In this document: piece by piece, positions 54,817-64,000 of the stretch
Layout: every line of letters begins with the position of its first letter
How positions within the stretch are numbered: position 1 is the stretch's first letter
Assembly (NCBI GenBank): GCA_051294375.1
Contig: CM119264.1
Coordinates: forward strand, 29,455,182 to 29,519,181
DNA: 64,000 bases
DNA from: Paraspadella gotoi
Taxonomy: Eukaryota; Animalia; Chaetognatha
Direction: 5' to 3'
The notes under the pieces: generated by a model
The model's input: only the letters and a program-made list of their open reading frames with translations
What the model was told of the DNA's origin: nothing
Databases searched by the model: none
Position numbers and translations under genes: made by a program

Positions 54817-57800
54817 TAAGGTGCTTCAAACTTGCAATGGTTGTACTTACTAGTCGCAGTTGTATAAGTGTATCGCATTTTGCAAATCTTTTGGAATGTG
54901 TATAGAACCCAGGGTTGGGTTGATGTGTTGCACAGTTTAACCGGGAATAACTGATTAAAGTCTAAAATTAATTACAAAAAATGATTTATTTCAAAAAAAA
55001 CTTTTTTCGAACTGAATATGTTATTCAAATTAGTTCAGTTTAAACTAGCGGAAGCCGATCAAATTCAAATTTTAATGGGAACACCATTAAACAAATCCAT
55101 TATTGGTATTAGTTATTGTGTTAATATATTTTTTTGCAAAAATGTTCCGAACCAAAAGTAATTCGCTAAATACAATTATTATATTGCTATATAATGTAAA
55201 TAATTTTTTTTGGATATTGAAAGATTTTTTAATTGAATCTGATAAAGCTCTAAGAGTTAAGCAAAAAATGTAATTACAACTTTTAAAAATTTTGATGTTT
55301 TATTACTGAGAATTATCAAAAACTATTAAAATCATCGGATTATGATGATGATTATCATTTTTTTAGGTTTTTACCAATTTTGAGCTACTTATCATCAAAA
55401 TATTCATAAAAGAATTATACTTTGTGAATCGGCCTTTGAAAATTCAAAATTAAAAAAAAAAAATTGACATTTCCTATCTATAAATAAATATTTAAAAAAT
55501 AAAAACTAAAAATTAATTACTAGCCATTCTAGAAAATTTTGGTCGATTGAAAGTTTTCTCAGAAATATATGAAGTTTCATTTGGGAAGGTTCCCAAATCA
55601 AACTTCTGACCCACCCCATTGACATAGATTGGCCTTACCATAACTACATAACGTTTCTCATTGAAATTTTATTTGATTCGTCTGAGAAGCTTAACCGAGC
55701 TTAACTGAGCCAGGTTTTAAAATGGGAGACATCCGCCCGTTTATCTCCAAACCCAGAAGACCCTCTCACGATCAATTCTTTCTTTTTATTAATTTCTTTT
55801 AATTTCTTCTTTTTTATTTAATTTATTATTTCTCAAATCTAAAAAATCAGGATCAACGATCGACAATAAAGAAACTGAAAACAGAAGTTAGAAGCAAAGA
55901 AAAGATTTTGATGGAGAAAGAAGATGCGGAAAACCTGTTGACGGAAGAAGAGGAAAAAGGGAGAAGATTGGAGGAGGAAATGGAAAAGCTTAAAGAACAG
56001 GTGAGGGAAGTGGAAAAGGGAATGGGAAGAAGAGAAGGGCTTGAGGAAGAAATGGAAAAGCTTAAAGAAAAGGTAGGGGGAAGTGGAAAAGGAAATGAGA
56101 GCAGGGGAAGAGATTAGGGATAAAATGGAAAAGCTTAAAGAACAGGTGAGGGAAGAGGAAAAGGGAATGGGAAGAAGGTAAGGGCTTGAGGAGGAAAAGG
56201 AAAACCTTAAAGAACAGGTAGGGGGAAGTGGAAAAGGATTGAGAGGCGGGGAAGAGATTATGGATAAAATGGAAAAGCTTAAAGAACAGGTGAGGGAAGT
56301 GGAAAAGGGAATGGGAAGAAGAGAAGGGCTTGAGGAAGAAATGGAAAAGCTTAAAGAACAGGTAGGGGGAAGTGGAAAAGGAAATGAGAGGCGGGAAGAG
56401 ATTAGGGATAAAATGGAAAGCTTAAAGAACAGGTGGAGGGAGTGGAAAAGGGAATGGGAGAGGGGAAGAGATTGTAGGAGGAAATGGAAAGATAAAATAA
56501 CAGGTAGGAGAAGTGGAAACTGAAAAACAATTAAGTGTACAAAATCATCACGTGTAGAAAATGAAAAAATTTTAAAAAGTTTTTAGAGATGCGTTGCCTT
56601 ATTTAAAATTAAAGTTTTAAGAAGAAAAAAAAAGGGAAAAAAATGCATGGTTCACCTGCGTAAATTTAAAAGGTAAGACAAGGCGCAGAGTCGTGGGACA
56701 AGTTAACTGTTTCCGAAGCGAACGATTGACGTCAATACTTTTTTCGATCAAAACTGGTTGCTGACAACTTTTTATTTTAATTTGACAAGTCAGCGTTAGA
56801 ATGAAAAAAGTAAATTTCATCTAATTATTATTACGACGTAGAAACAGGATCGAGGATTTTTTCCTTTTTTTATCCCCTTTTCTTTTAGGGCGGGAAGAAG
56901 AAAAAAAACCAAACTTCTTTAACCAAAACAAACCGTTTTTAATTAATCTTATCAGGAAGATAATTCTTTTTTAAACAAAATCTAAAACAGAAAATGACAA
57001 GTAAACAGAAACGCCTCAATTATTTCCAGTTAACCGGTTCATTAGTTTACAATACCTCGGATATTTTCATTCCCTGTCCTTTTGTCCATAATTTCAGATC
57101 AAATCATTGGACGAGAGATTCGCGGAGCGGACGAGAGAGATCGCGGCGGTCGAGTCGCGAGTAAAAGAACAACGCCGAGTCGAGGAAGAGAAGCAAAGAA
57201 GGGAAAGAGAAGAAATTAGAAATAAATTCGCTGACGTTTATGGAAAATCGAAGAGGAAATGAACAAAGAAACGAACAACAGAGATGAACTGGAAAAAGTC
57301 AAGAACGAGGTGAGAACGATTTGTTAAGATTTATATAAAAACACGGAGGAAAAAATTAAACTGTTTTTCTTACGTCATTTTGTTTATCGTTATTTCTCCA
57401 TGAAAATAATAAGATGAATTAAAATTTTGAAAGTCAAGTATAAATAAGTGCCTGTAATAATTATAAATAATGTTAAAATTTCAAGTGTTTGAATTAGTTT
57501 AGTTGTTTATGTTAGGAAGGTGGATGTTAGTCTTGTCGTCTAGAAATAGATGGGAGTTCCTAGTTTTTTAAATTGAACATATATATTAATATAAAGATAT
57601 ATTTTCATCATGGAGAAAAGTGCATTTAACAAATGAATTTTTTTTTCCAAATATTTCGACTTATATTGCTAAGTCATCATCAGTGATGATGAAATATTTG
57701 GAAAAAAAAATCGTTTGTTAAATGCACTTTTCTCCATGATGAAAATATCTTTATATTAAATTATTAGTGCTTGCGATGATGTTAAAAGAACATAATATAT

Positions 57801-58057
57801 ATGTTTTACTTTTGTTCAATTATCTCTATTTTCATAAACAAGATGTTCATTTTAAATATATTCGATATTCGACCCACAGGTGGCGCGACAGGAAAACGAA
57901 CTTGATTCTTTGGGTCTCAAGTTAGAGGAATTGGTTGTTGAGATGGCAAAGGAGGAGGAGGAAGAGGAGGAGGAGGAGGAGGAGGAGGAAGAGGAGGAAG
58001 AAGACGACCTGGTCGACATTGATCTCTCCAATCCGCCTGTTGAGTTCTGTGGCGACA

Positions 58058-58094
<37 letters not shown>

Positions 58095-59480
58095 TGAAGA
58101 CAATGTCGACGGTGACGAAACTCCTCGTCAAGGTTTGTTAATTTTTGCTCAAATACCTCGTCAATTAAATCTATTTTCAACGGTTAATATTTATTGGTTA
58201 TTGTTATTCTTTATTGTAATTTGTTTATTGTTTACTATTTATTATTATTGGTTATTGTATATTTTTTATTATTGTTTATTGTTATTGCTAATGGTTACTG
58301 TGGTTGTTGTTAATGTAAATTTTGAATTTTTGAAAACGAAATCTGACAAAAAACATTCGGCCTTATTTCCCTAAAACGCCCCATTTCATCTTAGACGCGA
58401 AACTGAATAATCGGTTTAAAGATTAGATTAAAGGTTAAGATTTAAAGATTTGGTTAGGGATTAAGTTAAGGATTAGGGTTAGGGATTAGATTAGTGATTA
58501 GTATTAGTATTCCGGACAAGTGTAGAGCTGTAGAGGGTTACGGTTAGGGTGTAGGGTTAAGGTTAATTATTAATTATACTAAATCAAAATCATCCATATT
58601 TCTTTCCCTTCCAGACATCTCTCTGCCATTCCCTTCTCCCCACCTCCCGCCCTCTGCCTCCAACTCCACTTCGGACCGACTTCCCTCCAACGCCTCGTCA
58701 ATTCACGATTCTTGGAGGATAAACCTGAGCGCCGTTTGGACGAATACGAGCGACTCGAGGAGGTCGTCGATGCAGACCGCAGGAGCAGCTGCCGACGCGG
58801 CGGAGAAGACAACCGCAGCAACAACAACAACAGCGAAGAAACCGAGCGAAGAAAGGGAGGAGGAGGAGGAGGAGGAGGAGGAGGAGGAAGAGGAGGAAGA
58901 GGAGGAGGAGGAGAATGAAGTTGACAAAAATTCCACTTCGTCTCCAGACAATTCTGTCAAAAACAACAACAACAACAACAACCATCTCGTTCGCAACGAC
59001 ATTCCAGATTCTAGCGACATTTCGGCTTCCAATGACATTTCCACCTGCAACGAGAAGTCAGAGTCTTGCGCAGACGTTTCTCACCACGCCCCTGTTTCCA
59101 CTCCCATCAAAATCCTTTCCACAACCTCCACAACTTCCTCCACCCCGTCAACGACTCCTTCCACAACCCCGTCAACGACCCCTTCCACAACCCCGTCCAC
59201 ATCCTCAGCCTTCGTCTCCACAAATTCGAAGCCGATTTCTCGCAGCATCGAGGATCTGACGGCGCCCCACAGACCGGCGCCTCTCCGACCGGCGTCGTCC
59301 ACGCCCACTTCCGCCGGCGCCGCCTTCGACGCCGAAGAGCGCCGCAAGTCGACGAGCGACGTCCTCAAGAATCTCGTCCGCGGGAGAGGCTCGTCGAAAT
59401 CGAGCGCGGCGGCGACGGCGAATGACATCGTGGGGAAACTGAAGAGGGAGATCAAAGAGGGAGGGGAAGTGTGGGTGTGA
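49042..59480 (+). CDS. RASSF8: N-terminal RASSF family protein (RASSF7/8-like): RA domain, Pro-rich PPxY region, coiled coil, acidic/Ser-Thr tail, C-terminal PDZ-type motif
   Basis: Exons 49042-49152, 49526-49992, 52907-54082, 54523-54711, 55851-56000, 57098-57309, 57880-58132, 58615-59480, all GT-AG. Ends ...EGGEVWV*. Single-base indels in exons 1-3 are largely resolved by the other copy. Exon 6 needs +1 A at 57244-57247. RASSF7 vs RASSF8 cannot be resolved for an invertebrate co-ortholog. Confidence 0.85.
55961..56520 (+). repeat. 72-bp minisatellite x8 spanning the RASSF exon-5 splice donor, with alternating A/B units
   Basis: AAAGAACAG|GT(G/A)-type junctions, with GT at 56001, 56073, 56146, 56218, 56290, 56362, 56433 and 56504. 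Confidence 0.9.
57586..57759. mobile_element. Intronic fold-back element (~70-bp arms) with a degenerate hammerhead-like core; second Penelope-like pLTR family
   Basis: Arms 57586-57657 and 57691-57759 are near-perfect reverse complements. Minus strand reads CA CTGATGA T GACTTA-GCAATA-TAAGTC GAAA TATTTGG. Confidence 0.55.
58425..58565 (+). repeat. Degenerate TTAGGG/TTAAGG-like intronic repeat
   Basis: ggttaggg, attagggttaggg and ggttaagg units. Confidence 0.6.
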
Positions 59481-59580
59481 GAGTAGGGAATGGTGGGTGT
59501 GAGAGTAGGGAATGGTGGGTGTGAGAGTGAGGGTGTGAGAGGGGGCAAGTGCGGGTGTGAGAGAGGGGAAGTGTGGGTTG
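59461..59580 (+). repeat. ~20-bp tandem repeat derived from the RASSF terminal codons and stop
   Basis: gaggggaagtgtgggtgtga is followed by about five variants ending gggtgtga or gtgggttg. Confidence 0.75.
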
Positions 59581-60404
59581 GAATAGGAAACGGAGCGTGA
59601 AAAAAAGTAGCTGGAAGAGAATCAATAGTAAATGTGAAACTAAAGTATAAAAGAATTCATAAAAGATTCTAGAATTAGAAAATGTAGTTCTTTTTTTGCT
59701 CAATATATATCATGTATTTTCAGAATGATAGTCAGTAACATGACAGTGAAGGCATACAAGATATCTTTTCCCTTTTTTTTCTGGTCTAACTCTGCTTAAA
59801 TAAACGCAATATTAAATGGTGTAATGTGCGCGTATACTATGCTCGCTAGGGATGGTGTATTAGCTGAAAAGAAAGAACCCACTGTGACTACAGCATGTGA
59901 CATTTGCTTACTAATACTAGAATACAGTTTACATTCATTTTCGACCTAAATTTTTGCGTCCCGTGTATTTTTCTAATCGATCAAGTTGTATTAATGGTAA
60001 AAACTTTTTTACCGTTTAAAATTCATTGCGTTTTCCGTGAAAACAATGCTTGTATTATTAAAACACGAAATTATGAAATGTTTCTCTATTTTCGCTCTGT
60101 GCCTTATGTTATTTTTAATGTGTACAAGAATTACATTCGTGGAAATTTATGAATAGTTTATTATTCTTATTTAATCTTTGGCATTTCATAGAATTTTTAA
60201 AAAAATAAGAGATTGAAAAATAAGTTATCGTCAAAACAAAAGCAAATAAAATTTTTAAATTTTGTAATATGTACATAATAGCTCGGCCAAGTTTTTATCT
60301 ATTTAAAACAAACTTAAGGGTTTAACTGCACAAGCATCTCTCAAAGACCCCATTCTGCCCCTTTTTTCAAAAACCACTTTTTCACATTCACCCATCAATT
60401 CCAG

Positions 60405-60711
60405 TCATGACATGTCTGACCCTAACCTTCCCAATTCTCGACTCAATCTTCTATAAATGTTGTCCCCTGCTGCTGCCTTCGCCTCGATGCATCCCGCCCG
60501 CTGAATCAGTTGTCTTTTGTTCATTTCGTTCGTCACCCAAATCACTGAAGCGGAGATTGCGTTGAGTCCCGCCGAGAGCGCTGCCATCGCCGATGCTCGG
60601 CTGGCGATCGCCGAGGAAACAAAAGAACAGGCGCTCTGTAGTGAAAACGAGTTTTGGTTAATTTTTTTTCAATATGGATATAAAAAGCTTTCATTAGCGG
60701 TCGAAAAAGAA

Positions 60712-60756
<45 letters not shown>

Positions 60757-61615
60757 CAGAGCTTCGATTGATTAGCAAGCTCAGCCCAACTGAATTCAGG
60801 GTAAAAATATCCACAAAACCTTCAGAAAACTTATTTCATTTGGGTTTCCCAGCCCTGTTTTTCCCGACACTGTTCTCCGACACTAATTATTTATAAACAA
60901 GTTTCATCACCATGGCAACGGCTGCGACGAAGACCGGAAAGGCGACGCAAGACGAGCGACATTCGGTGGGGAAAATCTCGACGACGATGACGACGAACCA
61001 AGTTAGAGATGACATCGAAAGAAAATCTCCTGTCGTTTGAATGATCTGAAAAAGAGGCAGAGAGGATCGAGAGAGAAATTGACATTTAAAAGATATTTAA
61101 TTTAATGAGGTTATTCAATTATCTTTTCTGTTTCTTGTTTTTATGTTTTCGTTTTATTTACAATTTTCTCTTACTTTCATAACTATGCTTTAAATAATTA
61201 TATTAAACAAAGTAGATAGACAAATAATGAATAAATGATAATACTAAATAAAAACGAGCAATAAAAACCTAAAATAAACCTACTTTCTAATCCTTACCTG
61301 ATTTTCCCAACCATCATTTCCGTCTCTCGCTAAAACAACGCAATTCGTCAAAAAGACTCCGACGAAAAATAAAGCCGACGTGATCCGCCGCGGCAGCACC
61401 GCGCCAGCCGCAGCCGGCAGCAGCACCGCGGGGAGGAGCAGCAGGGGCCGCTGGAGAGCGTCCAGGTGAACGGAGCCGCGGAGATCGAACAGAGGGCGCG
61501 GGTGGAAAGACCAGAGAGAGACGACGACGCTGACGGCGACGATAGAAGAGACGGCGACGAGCGTCCAAACGCGAGGCGAGCGCCACCAGCGATGGCTGAA
61601 GGGGGAATAAAGAGA

Positions 61616-61709
<94 letters not shown>

Positions 61710-63600
61710 AAGAGAGAGAAAAAAAAAGACGAACAAAATAGAAAATAAGACTTGAGCAGTGACCCATGTGACCCATGTGAACATCTTGTTCACGTGATTC
61801 CATTCTCCTCTCACCCCTGGCCTCCTCCGGCTCTTCCTTCTTCCTCCCTCCGCCCGGAGGCTCCTTCAGATGCCGCGTGATGTGCTGCAGAGCCGCAGCC
61901 GACGCGGCGTCGTCCTGCGTCGCCAGCCACGCAATGGACTCGTCGACGACGAAGATGTTGAGAAGCGAAGAGAGGAAGAGGATGCCGAGCACCAGGTGCA
62001 TCTCTCTCCATCCGGGGAGGACGAATGAGAGGGCAGACTAGTATTGATATAGTACGATAAATATTATTTGAGGGAGCGCAATGGTCCATGTACACAAGTC
62101 AAACAATCTTTGAAATATTATACCACTTCACTGATAGGAAAATCAGGTACTATTTTATTATCTTTTAAGAGGGATAAAGGCCAAAGTCAGGGGCAAGATA
62201 GCTTATTAATTAAATGAATGCATCATTTTCATACCGGTCGTACCAATTTCATAAGGAGAGTACTATATAATAAGTTATGTATGAATAACAAAAAGTGTTA
62301 TGTATGAAACTCAGCAGAACTGCCACCTGAAAGACTCCCCCTAGTGGAACCGCCGTCGCCATGACGACCATCATCACGTGACGTCGTTTGGCGGGAAAAG
62401 TTTCGAGGACCAAAACGAAAGCCGAGGTCGCCACGCCCACCTGTATCGGCGAAATCTATCAATCAAAGCAATCAATCAATGAAACAATCAATGACTAAAA
62501 TCTAGCATGAATCAATTATTAAATCAATTAATCAATCAAGCCATCAATCAATCAATCAACAAAATCAATTCTTGACTCACGTGAAGACATCCTTGAATTC
62601 CCCGGATGAAGAGGTAAGACCAAAAGCTTCGAGAGAAGTTGGCGAGGATGTGGGAGATCCCGATGATGGCGAGAGACAGGAAGTGGAGTGGCTTTCGTCC
62701 GAATCTGAGAAGAGAGCAAATTGTTTTACAAAGTGTCGATCCAAAGTTAAATAAGTATATATTTTCATTTAAATTAAATTAATTAAATTAATCGCTATTA
62801 AATCTTAATAAAACTGTCCGCAAAATAATAAAAGATAAGTTGTAACAGAACCGAATAAAAAAAAAGAAATAATTTAAACAGCTACAATATGCAAATGAGA
62901 TTAAGGAACACAACTGTAGAGCTTAATTATACCTGTCGGCCAAAGGCAGGAGCAGCGCACCGACGCCGCAGCCGACGTAAAACAGCGTCTGACACAAACC
63001 GAAGGCGTCCAACTCTTCATCGCAGTCAAGACTTAAATCTTTTAAGATGTTGTCGCTGTGACTCGAAGGCGTTTTGGCGGGAAGGTCCGTGCCCGAGGCA
63101 GAGCGGGCCGTGCCGTTTAGGGTCAAGGCGGAACGGGCCGTGCCGTTCGGGGCAAAGGTTGGGCGAGTAAGGTTTCCGTCGTCTTTGTCTTCTTTGTCGT
63201 CGTCGTTTGCCGATTCCAAGCAGAGCCATCGAGTGACAAGCGGTTCCATCTTCGCGGTGCCATTGGCTCGATGCCATTCCAACGGCACCATTGCTTCCAT
63301 GACCTCATTTCGCATCGCTCTTCCATCTGATTCATTTGATCTTTCGCCAAGATCCGTTTCCTTCTCTACTTTCAACGATTCTCTCCACGCGGCGCCAATC
63401 TCTCTCCCAACGCAGCGCCGTGGCGTGTCGTTGCGTTGAACTACGCAGCGCAGGCGCGTCGCGTCGTCGATACGCGTCGTGAAGTGAGGGAGGAAGATAT
63501 TGGAGGAGGAAAGGAGGAGATTGAAGAAGAGGAGGAGGAAAGGGATGGAGGAATAAGAGGAACCGAGACGACGGAGAATCCAGTCGAGATCACCGAGCAT
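60405..63600 (-). CDS. SLC22-like (organic cation/anion transporter family) MFS transporter, divergent
   Basis: Exons 63600-62933, 62704-62581, 62440-62327, 62037-~61815, 61595-61298, 61045-60911, 60635-60405. Start MLGDLDWILRRLG; large first loop with NGT sequons ending LDC; LADR|FGRK across intron 1 (MFS motif A); LETFPAKRR; GWRE; ESIAWL; EIFPTECR. One phase conflict at intron 4. Confidence 0.85.
62181..62251 (+). repeat. Dispersed repeat fragment in SLC22 intron 3
   Basis: caaagtcaggggcaagatagcttattaattaaatgaatg...gtaccaatttcat matches 40388-40455. Confidence 0.7.
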
Positions 63601-64000
63601 TGCTGGAGTCGATGGAGCTGGAGTTGACAAGGATTATGGCAGCGTCGCTGGCGATGATGTCGGGGATGTTGAAAGGGAATGTTGCTGTATAAAGTTGATG
63701 TAGTTGAAAAATGAGGGCGAGTAAAAGTTGCTAAGAGCGACGTCGACTTTCACGACGTAGGGATGAAGTCGACTCGTGAGAATTAGTTCTCACAAAAACG
63801 ACGAAAACGAAAATTAATGAGACTTTGATATCAAAAGAAGTTCAACCGTCAGAATGAAAATTTATCAAAACAGGACGATCGCAAACTCATTTGAAATAAT
63901 TCGCAAATTAATCTGATACATTCACCCGATGATATATTTAAATGACTGAATTGATTTTAAGTTGAAAAACAAATGAATAAAAACAAAGTTTTTTTGGTTT

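Noticed and set aside
58425-58565. Telomere or chromosome-fusion site
   Set aside because: Only a few exact TTAGGG units, degenerate and inside an intron.
60760-60820. Extra SLC22 exon between exons 6 and 7
   Set aside because: The phase-0 frame hits TGA, and exons 6 and 7 already join in frame.
62577-62768. ORF-track 63-aa Ser-rich protein
   Set aside because: Wrong frame of SLC22 exon 2; the spliced frame reads FGRKPLHFLSLAII.

Overview
AT-rich, microsatellite-dense animal (invertebrate-like) genomic DNA from a draft assembly patched with error-rich long reads. It is not prokaryotic, and no CRISPR array, rRNA or intact tRNA was found. Two genes can be rebuilt by hand: an N-terminal RASSF (RASSF7/8-like) gene on + (8 coding exons, 49042-59480, plus a partial allelic copy at 34088-39649) and a convergent 7-exon SLC22/MFS transporter on - (60405-63600). 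About 45 kb of the window is two large, probably false, duplications (1566-14363 vs 14389-29625; 30452-39752 vs 45531-54816) that abut 25-N gaps. The most interesting signals are: (i) three minimal type I hammerhead-ribozyme motifs of the Penelope-like pLTR kind, two inside ~170-bp fold-back insertions, one of them nested with a 10-bp direct repeat in a Helentron/HINE-like element; (ii) repeated tandem echoes of splice sites, start and stop codons in the RASSF gene, including 8 splice donors spaced ~72 nt (24 codons) apart in the coiled-coil region; (iii) four PPxY motifs and a PDZ-type C-terminus in RASSF; (iv) a GC-rich ~0.5-kb tandem unit with Pol III A/B-box-like motifs. Most ORF-track entries are microsatellite translations. 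All alignments were done by eye.
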